Below are positions 41,689-55,238 of a stretch of DNA of 64,000 bases, piece after piece. Position 1 is the stretch's first letter, and the number at the start of each line of letters is the position of its first letter. The DNA is from Bigelowiella natans CCMP2755 (Eukaryota; Protista; Cercozoa). The DNA lies in NCBI GenBank assembly GCA_000320545.1, contig ADNK01000241.1, positions 37,728 through 101,727 on the forward strand. The letters run 5' to 3'. A model generated the notes under the pieces. The model was not told the origin of the DNA. It searched no databases and worked only from the letters and a program-made list of their open reading frames with translations. The translations under genes were made by a program, and so were the position numbers.

Positions 41689-44196
41689 ATGGGCAATGCT
41701 ACGTGTGCCGGCAATCGCAGCTGCATCAGAGATAGAAACAGCAGCCGGGATGAGAAAAGCTGTATGGAATCAGGGATGCAGCCTTCACTGAGGAAGATCA
41801 AGGTACTTGACTTCAAAACTCCTTTTCCGTTCAAAAGATCACGGCAACCTCTGACCTGCATACCAATGTCAGAAAATCTTCATCAAGAAAGGCAGAAAAG
41901 CTTCAAGAAAGGTGGCTTTTATTCAAAAATTTGCTGCTAATTTGTATCAGCTTCACATTATGCCAAAATGAAATCTACACAGGATTTGCGGAAGATATTC
42001 GACTACTTCAAGGAAAACGAAGAAGGTCCACTGCTAACACTCCGAATACTTATCCCCAAAATTCGCTGCCAACGTCCGATAATAGAATCTTACAAACAAA
42101 CAGTGCTATTTGTTCCATTTAAAATGATCTATTCTGATGATTTTCTGCTTCTTGTTTCTACAGAGTATCTCACGAGGGTCGATGTGATTCGACTCCAGCT
42201 ACATCGAATTTCCTTTTTTCAAGGTAGGCTGCCATCCTGAGAGATTGGGGAACTTCCAACCGATCCTTCGGGGATTATATTCACTAAGGAATCTGATTTT
42301 TTGGGCGAATTTTTGAAAATATTTAGCTGATGCTACTGAGCGTGATCTTGACCAGCATACAAAGGTACGTCGCTTCGGCTTTCTTTTTGCTCGCTGTCTC
42401 TCATTCACTGATATACAATCAGGATAAAATTGCTGCTAAGGCTGCCAGGTATTTAATAAAATGATTTGGCTTTGTAATGTGATGGTTGCGTTATCTACCT
42501 CGGCTGCACCGATTGAGAGAGAGTGTGTGTCTAGTATTTTCTTATGACCCCTATGTGTACAGATTGATGGAGCAACCTCACTTGCTCAACCAAAGTTTGG
42601 ATATCAGCGGCGATGGTAATATTTCAACACCCAACTCCCTAATATCTATAGAGGCTGACAATCCACTCCGTCTCGATCTTTTTTCCATTGTAAATTTTGG
42701 AAATGGGAATGAAAGAAGGCCGGTAAATGCCCTGTCCTTTCTTCCTTCCACTATTGATAAGTGAAAGCATCCCTTATCAGTCGCGATGGCGTTTTCTGCC
42801 CTCATTGACCAGTCGTTTAATTCTCTTTCCCAACCTGATGGAATGATGCCAACAGGAACGATCGACTGGGAGGAATTCAATGCTTTGGCCCCCAACACCG
42901 TCCTCGTGTCCCCGTTTGAGACTATATTATTGTAAACTGTTCAACATGTTTAGAAAAACAATACATTTCTTTTAATGATGCTAAAAATCCTAGTTATTTT
43001 GTCTTCCGACACAGCTAGTGTTGTGGAGAATCTGTTTTTCATCATCCTAAATGTAATGCTGGATTTAAGTTGTTCTTTCGACGGTCGAGATAATAGTATG
43101 CTCCATGGTGGGCTAACGGTGGTGGGTTGGTTTGGAAGATGTTACGGGCAGGAATCGTAACAGCGTAATTGGCAGGAATACTAGGTATCGATAGCACAAA
43201 GCTCTAAATTTATTTGGCATTAATTACACTTAGGGAGCACGCTAGGAGTCAAAATTCTAGGGATGGGAGCTATGACGCAAAGGTAAGTGCGAAGCTTCAG
43301 CTAATCGATTTCTTGAGTTCTGTGACGAAACTCGATGTAGTATTATTTATTTGCTATGATTTCGATGCCGCCGTGTTTCTGCTTTCATTTGACAAACATT
43401 GAGCAACGGCTGTGCGGCGAAGATAGCAAAAACAGCCGCAAGTGCATCTGCTCTCTTCGTTCTGCGACCTTGCTTTCAGCGGTCTTGCAGGATGAAGGTT
43501 CCATAAGCATTGGCTTCTTCGTCATAGATTAATAAATACTGTGTGAGAGAGATTGTATTGCACCGATGCTAAGAAGTTCGATGTTGCTTACTTCATAGTT
43601 GATGAACTTGAAGAATTGTGGATTCTCCGACCCTGTAAGTGATCCTGGATCTCTCCTTCACATCGTCCAGACGCAGAAATTTATAGCCTACACGCAAATT
43701 CTTGCTCGCAAGGAGATAGTATAATGGGGGTTACGGGGGGAGTTAGTGATAATACTTAAAATGTATATCAGAAGGGTCCAAATAAAACTCCAATATACGT
43801 GCAAACCCCTCCCCCCCCCCCCCTCCCCGCCCTCTTCTTTCCCTCCCCTTCTAAACAGTGCGAAGGGAATTGGGAGACGGGTCCCGACATGGACAGCCTC
43901 AAAGTTGAAAATCTTTGCAATAATCTGCCTAATCCCTGTTATTCCTTTCCCAAAGCACACACAATTTCGATTATGAAAATTGAAACTTAAGTCCTTCCTC
44001 GCGCACTTTTCCTTTGGCAGCCAACCGAGATAAAACAGAGGCTCTTGGCGATCGTTAAACCAAACGGTAATAAGTAAGAATAACGTCAGAAAGAGTTTGG
44101 TCCTCCTAACACATCATAGGTCTGAGTAGTGGGTGAAGGGGTTTTGCAGTATGGAGGTTTCTCTTGTAAAAACTTGCCATAGATTGCTATTACAAG

Positions 44197-44253
<57 letters not shown>

Positions 44254-44741
44254 CTCAGGTCTGCGCGGTTGGCTTCTTCCAAGCGATAGCAAATCAGGTA
44301 CAAGAGGAGCGAGATGAGACCTTGGTTTTCCCTCGAAGTTTCCCTTGTAGTTTTTTATGCATCGAACAACTGATTTTTTATCATCGTCCTCCTTACCAGG
44401 AATCATGACTATCGAGTGCCCATTCGGCATTTGCTACGCGCACAAGAGCAACGTCGACGTTGCATTCATGGTGCGCACAATGCATGGAGCGGAACCAGAC
44501 ATCATTTTTGTGGCGACATTCTCGATCGTAGCTTCTAGAGGCACATGTCACTTATTACCTCCAACGATTCATTTGCCGGCAGGAAACGGGGGATACCAGC
44601 ACAGCTCATCTGCAGCAAAGGCTCTTCTATGCGAAGGTGGGTACTAGTTGTAGGCTGGGGTTAGAGAACCATTCGCACGGATCATACAGGAAATTTTCCG
44701 CTTTGTCGAAGCGAGGAGTGAATACATCCAGGAACGTATTC

Positions 44742-44784
<43 letters not shown>

Positions 44785-45689
44785 TATATAATATTTATTT
44801 ATATTTGCTTACTTACTTATTGATTGGATATTCACGTCCATGCTATTAACAGGTCGCCACTGGTGTCTTGGACGACAAAGACGTCGAAGCTCTCGGAGAG
44901 GTGCGTGACACAATACACGACATACCATTCTATCAGCATCGTTTCTTCATAGCATCTGCGGGCTCTGGTGTTTCATCGAATTTATAAATTTATAATACGC
45001 TATCATCGCTTTCTTCTAGGATGAGATGCTGATTCTGCTCCCTTGGCTCCTCACTATTCGATCCCTTGCGTATCCCGTGCGAAAGTAGTAAAATCGCACT
45101 GAATCTCTCCTCTAAAAACACGCATCGCAAAATTATGATTTCCAAGTGTTTCGAGCTTACCCACCCTGTCTTCGCTCCTCCACCCCCCCCCCCCCTCTTT
45201 CGCGGTCTAACACACACTCTCGCGCTTCAGGCGTATCTTGTCTTCCCGGCGCCTGCTACGGCGTGCCTGGTACACCTTACATCAAACAGATAAACCGTGT
45301 GTTTATATGTGAAAACTATGTATGTGTGTCCGTGTGATCTTAGTATGACACTGCTACGATTACATGCGTTACTGTATACATTCTTTGTGTGGTATTCCTC
45401 TCTAGTTCCTCTGCCAGATGACTATCTGTACTGTTTGTTCAGGTGGTTGCGGGCAGCTGAATTCGATATGGCTCCCTCACATATGAGGGTCGGTTCTAAT
45501 ACAATTTTTTTTTTAGACAATAATGTTTCGATGGTTTCACCACCTTCGGCTCCACATGAATATTTTCGCCCGCGCTCACACCACGCACTCATAACGCCTC
45601 AGTTTTACGAGAAGTATACTGCACCGAAGGGATCCACGAATGCCTACACGTAGGACACCACTCAATATGACATGCAGCACTACTGATCT

Positions 45690-45743
<54 letters not shown>

Positions 45744-45990
45744 TTCTCATCCCTGCATTGCTGCGAGAGAGTTCAGATGTGCTTTCTTCTGCGGCAACGA
45801 CACGCCGATAACATCGGCAGGGGAGTAAGAATATACTATCTCCTGTCGAGTATAATCACACAGTATTTTCTGCGCTGTGGAGGGAAAACCTCTATCGCTG
45901 CGTCTACGCACAACATCGTTACCAGTTCCTCAAAGCTTCGAATTGTGAAACGGCATGTGTTCAGCCATTTTTTTTCCTCCTCCCTTCTAT

Positions 45991-46030
<40 letters not shown>

Positions 46031-48065
46031 GTATTTGCTTGCGATCAACAGGTTTTTTGTGCAAAAGATGCAGGCTAAGACTGTGCAGAAAGGTGTGTGT
46101 GTGTGCGCGCGCGCGCGTGCAAAACAACGAATACGACGAGGAGTTCAGAAAATGAAATATTGTGTCTCTTTCGCTATATGCTGGAGCCAATGAACATGTA
46201 ATATATGCACGTATTCCCTGCTCATGTTGGTTGTTGGTCGTCATCGTTACCGTTACAGGCGACGCTTTCCTCCAGACCGGCGTTTTCTGCCCAATATGGC
46301 CCGAAGAAGAAGTGTCAAAGGTGAGTGTGTGTCCAGCGTATGACGAGAAGCAAAAACGGGGGGGGGGAGATTATATTTCGCGGCCATTTTTCATTTATCT
46401 AGTCGTGGAACAAAAGCAATCGATGGTTTCATGACCATCAAAATTTCATCATTTTGAAGCAGAGGTTCTAATTCCTCTCTGAAGTACTACTTCTTCTTCC
46501 TTCTATCTTCCTTCATCCTTCTCCAATATTCTGTGTATCATCAAATCGAATGGGAACATTTACCAACCACAGGTGACAATCATGCGTCAGTTCGCCAGTG
46601 GAAACGGCCCGATGCTAATCAAATGCGGCCTCATGGATCATGTGAGAAGGATTCAGACTTTCCTTTTTCTGTCTTTTTCTGTTCTTCCAACTTCCTCTAT
46701 TACTTCTGCTATAATACATCGCCTCCTCCTCGTTTGTTCACCAAAAAACTGCATATCGAAATGTAAGAGGAAAGCGGAGAGAATGGTTTTTAGACAGGAA
46801 TGGGAGCGGTGGAAAGTAGTAGAAATAGCGTTGAAAATCTCCCAGAAGCCTCGGCTGACGTCTTGCGTTCATCCTTCACAATCAACCTTTGATAGGATCT
46901 GGAAGAGCTCTTGCTTTGGAAGCCCGATGACTGCCGGTCCGTTCAAACCCCGATGAATACAGAAAAAAAAGAAGATGATCAAGAGATCGAAAATTGCGTT
47001 TAATATTGCGTCGAAATCTCGGATCGTAATAAAACATGTATGTAATACGGCCTAGCGACACCGCTCCAATAGAAAAATCTCAATGGTTGTTTCTTCGTTG
47101 TCGCGGTACACCGATATCAGTAGCGTTTCGGCACTTATCAATTTTGGTAGCAGTGTTAATTAACTTTCCGTTCTTCCATGATAAATAGCATTATTGCTGG
47201 ACTCATTGATATGAAGCGAGTCAGTTGCATCGCTACCATCATGACGAAATGAATGCGTTTTCCACTCTAACCTACTCGAATCATTATAGAGCGGACATGT
47301 GCGTAATGAACGTTTTCGGGGTCTTCAACAATATTTGGCAGGCCTCCACGGTATACTAAAAATTTTGTCAACTCTTAATCGCACATAAGCACGCACGCAC
47401 GCGCCGCACATTGGCGCATTCACACGATGATCGCAAACGCAATCCTCCAGGCCTCTGTACAATTTGACGCCGTCCGCGTTTTCGATTGACACGTGCCCTC
47501 TGACGAAGGACGTCGGTATCATGGAATTCGTCAAGGTGTGCTCTCTCTCTCACCCCTCCCAAGATTTGATCGAAAACTATACACAGCGTAGACGACCCCC
47601 ATGCTAGCATGGGTGTTTCTTCGATGACACGGAGAGAGGGATGCAGTTTGGGATTGTGATAGCTAGTAACTTCATAAACAGGGCGCAGTTGCGTGGATAA
47701 CTCATTTTCCCATTTAATTTTCGACTGCACAGCGTATGGGGGCACATCCCCTCCCCCCTCCTCCCCCCCCCCACCCCGTGAGTAGATTTCATCAGTCCTT
47801 AACGTGGTGCTGCATTTTGCTGCTGCTGTTATGAAGGGATCGGTGACTCTGGAAGGATATGACACCAAGGTGGGAGGGAGGATGACCACACCCCGTAGAG
47901 AGACAGGAATTATCGTCTCTTTTGATCTGTTAGATGTAGTAAATATTATCATAATTCATTCTTGTGACGTATGCGTACGACATGTGTGTTCACAGATCCT
48001 AATGGATTTGCCCGAGAAACGGCAGCTTCACTTCATCAGCACGATGGCTGGTCCTGCACTCCCTC

Positions 48066-48102
<37 letters not shown>

Positions 48103-48177
48103 GTCTATATGTTTATTTGTGACAAAACTACCTGATATGTTGGCAGGAGATATACCACAGTAGCAGGCTTATATTAC

Positions 48178-48228
<51 letters not shown>

Positions 48229-48429
48229 ACCTCTCATGCGCATGATGTTTGATCCTCCGCTCTGTGCGTTCCACATGGCCTCACTACCGTCCCTCCGACC
48301 CCCTTCCACATGGCCTCACCACCGTCCCTCCGACCCCCTCTCCTACTTCTTTATCCCTTGTCAAGGATCATACACTGCGTGCTACGTGATGGGATGCAGG
48401 GACCGGCACTTCGACAACTTCATGGTAGC

Positions 48430-48491
<62 letters not shown>

Positions 48492-48720
48492 TTGCCTGCA
48501 AGAGAGATAAGGTCATCACTGTGTATGTTGCTAGTTTGTGCATGTGTTGTGTTGAAGGGCGTATAAGACGGAATATTGTGGTCGCGACTCTTCGCGACCT
48601 AGTATAAGCACGAAGAGAGTAATATGAATCGTTTGCCTCTCATAACACAGATGAGATATACAAGGCACTACATTCTATCAAATATTTGGTTTGCAATGAA
48701 GAGAGAGGGGGATATTAACA

Positions 48721-48799
<79 letters not shown>

Positions 48800-49416
48800 A
48801 AGCGCGCACAGCATTTTTGTCTTATTCTATATATATAGACACCAGTCATTCGACCGACGATTATCTCTATTCCCCCGCACTCACCTGCCTTTCTTCTATC
48901 CGCCTCCCCTCACTCCAAAAACAACTCACACCCGTCTCTTTTTGAAGGTGGAGAGGAAGAACAACGCTGGGATTACAAGCACTTTCCAGATTGATGGGTA
49001 CTACTTGTTGCGACGACGACGATGACGACAATATTAGAGCGAATAGTCCGCCCGTACACTTTTGTCATTAAAATGTGTCGAGAAACACATGGGAAAGAAG
49101 GAAGGGGTGGGAAACTCTCTCTGTGTAGCAATGCTCGTGAGTGGGAGTGCTGGCTAAGAATTTGGTAGATTGTATTTCCACATTAATATTGCCGACAGTG
49201 AATGATCGACGGCTGCTTTTGTTTCTTTGCCATCATCGTTAATATATCTTCTCCGCTTTCCCTTCTTTCGCGCTGCTGCATGACCGCCAGATGGAACCTC
49301 TTCAAGAACCTGTGCTGGCATGCGTTGAAGGTAGGGGGAAGCGTCGTGCGTTATGGAAGGAAGATGCTACATTTCGTCCTGTGACGATGGCATTCAGCAT
49401 GACTACTATACAAATA

Positions 49417-49484
<68 letters not shown>

Positions 49485-50606
49485 ATCCGAAATGTATACA
49501 CTTCTGCCCTTCGAAGAAGAGGGCTGCACGGAGGGCAAGAGCAGTACACCCCACCCAACATTCAAGTCTGCATATACAACAGGGTCTCAGGACCAGGGGG
49601 GTCGCCATCGTGAAGATAGCGTCGGGCATGTTTCAAGGTACAATAAGATGTTAGCTTGTTCTGTCCGTAGTAGATTTCCATTTGGGTGGAACGTCCGTTA
49701 TTTCCCGTCTTCGCGCATAAGAGGGAGGGAGGGAGAGGGTGAGAGTGCATAGATGGGATATAAATTGTTGTGTGCGAATATAATACTTGCAGGGCTGCGT
49801 AGAACCAAGCACTGGTCCTCTCAGAACAAGATGCAGCGATGGCTTCTGCGCGCACTCGACGTAATAATGTCTCCTTGAGTTTGTATCATAGCAATATGAA
49901 CATGGTAGTAATAAAAAAGGCGCAGCTTTGTTCAAATACTCTCTCCATAACCTGCCCTGCCTTTTTCAACTGTTTTCTCCCTCCTAATGGTTAGCTTGGA
50001 TGCACCGACTTGGACGCTCAAACTCATCTGAACGATCTAATCGAGATGGTGACTCGCACAAAACGCACGCGCTTGCGCTCGCGCAGTATGTGTACATGAG
50101 GTTGTGCATCTTTGTGACGTATTATGTGGGTTGGATCACACACCTGAAACAGCACAGATGGGGCTATGCTACGCCGCTATCAAACAAAACCGTGATGTGT
50201 AAATCTGACAGCATTTCCCTGTGTAACTCAATGCAGGGGGTTGCATCGTGGAAGAAGAGCCTGAAGAACATTTTGCATGGTGATGGGAAGATCTAGAGAG
50301 ATCACTTTCAATCGTCTACCTTTCAACCTTATAATGTATAATATACGTTTTATGTGTATGCTTGGAGGAGGGGGGGGGAGGTTAAAGTTGTGTAGGGGAA
50401 ACGCTAACGTTCTCACACTCACCAATGCTACCGCATTCATTCTTGCTCGTCACTGCCGACGACACACGTTGTTTCCAGGCATCAATCTAGAGAGAGTAAC
50501 CACCTCAAAAGCTCCCCGCAGACCGAGCGCCGTTTATACTATGCACTCATCGCTGGGCGACATAGATGATACCGTGGAAACACAAGAAAATGAGGAGTCG
50601 TCCTGA
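41689..50606 (+). CDS. Divergent phosphatidylinositol 3-kinase-family protein with an N-myristoylation motif, EF-hand and UBA-like region; the EF-hand part may instead be a separate gene ending ~43506
   Basis: N-terminus MGNATC. EF-hand DISGDG|TIDWEEF. UBA-like LMNLKNCGFSDP|PTEIKQRLLAIVKPNGNNME. Helical-domain-like EALGE|DEMLILLPWLL..LLRRAW|WLRAAE. Catalytic domain: FCPIWP..QFASGNGPMLI, LLWKPDDCR|ADMCVMNVF..NIW, VGIMEFVK, FISTMAG|SYTACYVMGCRDRHFDNFM, FQID, WNLFKNLCWHALK|GLR, SWKKSLKNILH. Confidence 0.8.
48269..48338. repeat. 35-bp tandem duplication in a PI3K intron
   Basis: ttccacatggcctcac(t/c)accgtccctccgaccccc twice, one mismatch. Confidence 0.9.
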
Positions 50607-50939
50607 AGGTCTCTCTTTGGTTTTTCCTGCAGTACAATGGGTCGTCGTTGCGCGAAACCATCTTTAATTTGTATTTGTATGGGGGATGATCTACCCAATT
50701 ATCGCTTTAGGTATCCATTGGGAGAGGAGGTTCTTCAACTAGAGAAGTGAGAACCTTCGAAAGCTACTGGGTGCAAATCAGTATGGTGTGACCTCGCTTA
50801 GCGATGATGACTAAATATGGACCATAAGTAGCGCAGTTCCTGCTCTTCTACTGCTAGACTGTATGAGTAGAACATAACAAGATAAAGAGATAAAGTGTGC
50901 CTTCATTCAAATTTACCTCTATGTATTCATTGCAATGAT

Positions 50940-51540
50940 GCATCTAGACGACATGCCTGGCATGTCATGCATCGCTATCATGCACCGTGCTATAACGTGC
51001 TAGCGCGCGATGAGAACAGTGATGCGCCTAGGCTTCTCTAGCTAGGATTAGACATTTTTGACATTTACTAGCTATGCTGACAGTTGGCATGCTAGCATGC
51101 TCTAGTGTATGTGGCCGGAGCAGGCTAACTAGTTATAACAGGCCTCCTTTAGCTCCTGTAAGTACGTACTAGCTTGTAGCATAGCTAGATAGCTAGATAG
51201 GCCGAGTCGAGATTTCTGAGACTTGCTGCACCGATCTAGCTAGCTAGCGATAATGGAAGCGGAGCCGGCGAGTTGCGCTGAGATGCAGCAGACATCTTAC
51301 TGGTGTGCATCTTTACCGCGCTAGCTAGCTAGATCTAAACGACACTCTAGACAGCCACATGTATCATCATGCTAGCATGCTATCTACGCTATATAGCTCG
51401 CACTGAGTATATATGGTCTGCTATGTCTTGCAATGTTGTGCAAGTTTTTTATCGCATCGTGTTTATAATGACATGAGCTGCTCAATGAGCCATATGTGGC
51501 TATTGTGCTAGATTGCTGCATCGTATACATACGACTAGAT
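50940..51540. other. CTAG/GCTAGC-rich intergenic island between the convergent PI3K and membrane-protein genes
   Basis: About 22 CTAG counted in ~600 nt, against about 2-3 expected at uniform base composition. Two exact CATGCTAGCATG. Confidence 0.8.
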
Positions 51541-51751
51541 GATGCTGCACGCGATGAGGCTCGATTGCTCATGGCAAGTTGTTCGCAAATTAGTTAAATC
51601 CATGCAAGTTTTGGACGCGTCGTATAGTTTACTATTGACGTAAGCAGATGTAGGAACACGCTTACAAATTTTGAATTATAGAATAGTTGCCAGCTACTTA
51701 TATTAATCAACCATAATGTGGGTGAGCAATAAAAATAGGTAGAATAGAGGA

Positions 51752-52120
51752 TCATACAGACATGACGGCGGCATTGCTCCGCTCTACCAAAGACGTTGTC
51801 CGGCTGACGATGAACTGCCGTGATATCCCCCCCCCCGCCCGTGCACTATCAGGGAAAGCAGCTTGCTGTACCGAGAGCTGTTGATGTTGCTGCTGCTGCT
51901 GATGATGATGATGAAGAACCTCAGATGAGGATGATTCCCTTCCTAGAGGCTGCGGCCTTTTCAAATTGGTCGAGGCGTTGGTTATCACGTCGTTCGATTC
52001 ATTGTACTTGTTGCGAGGGGTGGGTGTGACCCCCCCAGACTTTCGCCTCTTGGAGTCGCAAGTAGTGTTGGATGGATCGGTTTTGAACGACACAAATTCC
52101 TTCCTACCACCTACCGGAAG

Positions 52121-52176
<56 letters not shown>

Positions 52177-52234
52177 CATGATGAATAGGAGAAGGCAGAG
52201 TTGGATGAGCAACTACGTTAAAGAAATGTACACC

Positions 52235-52279
<45 letters not shown>

Positions 52280-54815
52280 CAAAATTTCAAAATTGACGAT
52301 AGCCATTGTTCTCATCATCTGCATCTTAAGCCTTACACCTTTAGAAGAGTCTTTCGTCGGCTGACGACGGCCGAACCCGTAGTATCGAAACCACCGCCTT
52401 GTTGGGATCCAAGCGTATGCGAGCATGATGCACGAGAACAGGAACGGGCTGTCCGGTATGGGTAATATATGCGTATGCATCCGAGCAGCAAAGGCTTAAG
52501 AGTTTCAATGATACTATCAACAATTCAATGATATCATCATCATCGGAGGAACGACACAAAGCAGCAAGAGGCAAACAGGAAATCGAGAGGATGCACGACT
52601 CGCCGTTGCTATCCTTGGAAATAAGCGAACAACGCCAGATGTAACAGTCATCGCCTCGACGTGCAGTTGGAGCTCTACACTGTGTCTTATTCACCCCGTG
52701 TGTGTGTGTGTGTGTGTGTTTGTGTGATGCGAAGAGAATGGTGGCATTGCAGGCAGCAAGAGCAGACGACGTAGTAGCGCGAGGAGGATTACGCGTAAAG
52801 TGCCCCCTCAGCGAAGGTGTATCCCATGTTAAGATTCTCCTCCACAGTCGAGCTAGCAGAGCGGGAGAGCGTCTTCGGATTCACTACCTCAGGGATTGCC
52901 ACGGCATATATGCTCGCTGATAAAAAGAACAACAACAGCAACCAGAAGAGGAGGAAGAGAAAAGGAGGAAGAGGAAGAGCAGCGAGAACAAAGCCATCGG
53001 CGATTCATACTTATAGAGCAGATAATAAATGACTTTGGATTTTTACAAAGACTAATAGGCCTTTTAATGTGCACGCGTGCATGTGTGTCTTTGTAGGAAG
53101 AGAGAGAGAGAGAGAGGGGGGGGGGGGGGAATTGAAATTACAACGGGTGGGAAAAGACACAAGTGATCGAAAACGAAGCTTCGCAGAGAAATCTCATCTC
53201 CATGAACCAGCCTAGAAAACGATAAAGTACACGGCTATCTCCGCCTCCTTCGGCATTGCATGAAGAAAAGGAAAAAGATGATGAGGTGGTTCATGCTCAT
53301 ATTTTGGAGGCCTTTTGTTATCGATTAATGAATAGAAACTCATCAGCCATTGACCTGCCATAGCCCCTGTGAAGCAGAAGTAGCCGATGATTACATTCTC
53401 AATTCGGCGACGGAGTGTGGTGAGGCGGCAAATAGACTCTTCAAGTTCCTCCGGGGAGGTACGAAGCGTTTCATTTGCCACAGCAATAAGCTTGTCGCGC
53501 AAGCGCAGGAAGCAGTTCATCTAAGAAGGGGGGGGACAGCAGTGTAACACAAATAGAGGTGATCAAAGATGGTGAGGCGTATGGCTGCGAAGACGAAGGG
53601 AATGAGTCGAAACGGAGGCACAAATAACACGCATAGAAAGAGGGATAGGCAGATAGACGACTAATATCGTAGTCCCTACTGTTCCAGCACTAGAAACAAC
53701 GATGGATTGCACCCGGCCAGCCAAAACATCATCAGTGTTACTTCCCGGCAAACCCCTCACAAACGCGATTTTGCCATATTGGAGAGTAGTATTTGGTTTA
53801 GGTACATAGTTCCACCACCCCATAGGTCCCAATCACGGCTGCTGCTGTTGCGTTGAGCAGAGCCTGTGCTGTCGCTAGAATGAGCCAGTCGGTGACCTGT
53901 GTGCGCAGCAGAACACACGCGTGTTGATGCACGAGAGGAACTTTACTGTCTTGTCGCCACATAACGTGTAACGCGTTAATGATGATTATTCACATGAATG
54001 GTACAAATAAATGCTACTACCAGGATGCCAATCAGCAGCCCGTACAGAGCTAAATGAGAGGGGAAATATCAAAAATGATAAAGAGAAAACAGTGGCATGA
54101 ATATGAAAGCGGTCGTCGTTGTCGTCGTCGTCGCGGTGGTGGCGGTGGTGGTGGGTGTATGGACGAAATGCATTGCGCTACTACCAAACGAATAGAAGAT
54201 TGCAGGATAAACGTACGGCCGGAAACCTTTTGTTGACATAAGACAAGCTTTGTTATTATTCCCACGAATGGTGTTCCATCAATCATGTAATGGCTTTAAT
54301 TGCGACCTTTAAATTCACTACGGCTAGATGGTAAGGAAGACCTAGTTGATTCATGGAATTAATGTTGCGGTTTGTCAGATAATCAATTTCTATCTGTGCT
54401 GTCGAATATTCTCAATTGCTCTCTCTCTCCCCCTTCCTCCCCCCTCTCTCTGGCTCACACACATATATAATTTATCTCCTACGTATATTTTGACAACATT
54501 CGGTCTTGAAAGGTGCCAGCGACAAGTGAGGAGATGTAGGAAAAGGTCCACACTAGGATGAAAGCCAGATTTGATGTCATGATGAACCAGACTTGCCATG
54601 AAAACCTAACCCATGGAAAAGAATGAGCGTAAATCCACCCTATCAAAGGTAGACGTCGTCAATTGCTACCCGACCTGTCAACTTGCAACTCGTAGACGAA
54701 CCATCCCAGGCTCATCACGGTGAGAGTAATGGAGGCCGCATGAACCCTTCGCACAGCGACCACCTATTTTGATAGATGGGTGAGCTTGCTCGTTTGCTGC
54801 AACATACCAACACAC

Positions 54816-54850
<35 letters not shown>

Positions 54851-54944
54851 GACATGGAGCCGTCAGCAGACACCCATGAACAACAAGGAGAGCGCACTGT
54901 AGAGTAATCCGAAAGATAATTGAACCCCTTCGTTCCGCCGACAT
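51752..54944 (-). CDS. Multi-pass (7TM/GPCR-like) membrane protein with a Ser-rich cytoplasmic tail; multi-exon
   Basis: Hydrophobic exons: IIFRITLQCALLVVHGCLL, ASITLTVMSLGWFVY, WQVWFIMTSNLAFILVWTFSYISSLVAG, WLILATAQALLNATAAAVIG, NVIIGYFCFTGAMAG and PFLFSCIMLAYAWIP, then a ~120-aa polar tail to the stop at 51752. The family assignment is inferred from topology only. Confidence 0.65.
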
Positions 54945-55238
54945 CGGATTTGCTCCGGGTTGGTGACTCTAACCCTGACCCCTATCCGATGAAAAAGGAT
55001 TCTCTTCTTATGGCAGCACGATTGGTGGGGAACCGTGCCTCGCGCAGTTTACATGTCCCACTCCTTGTCGCGATGGCAAAATTTACTCGACGTTTACCCA
55101 CGAATGTTCTTTGTTGTGCAGCAACTTACAGCGGCTACAACCCCCTCCCGAATTCCGAGCGGTATTTCCCTCCAGACTCAAAAATTACGAGTCTTTCCAA
55201 ACCTGTTTCTAGTCTCCGTAAGTGCCAGGACATGTCTA

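Noticed and set aside
44020-44300. QRLLAIVKPNG resembling nucleoside-diphosphate kinase (IKPDG)
   Set aside because: No HGSD catalytic motif. The preceding GFSDP exon makes a UBA-like reading more coherent.
48269-48338. Single TA/CA mismatch in the tandem duplication as support for hypermutation
   Set aside because: One event with unknown direction, and it lies in the CTA context predicted to be exempt.
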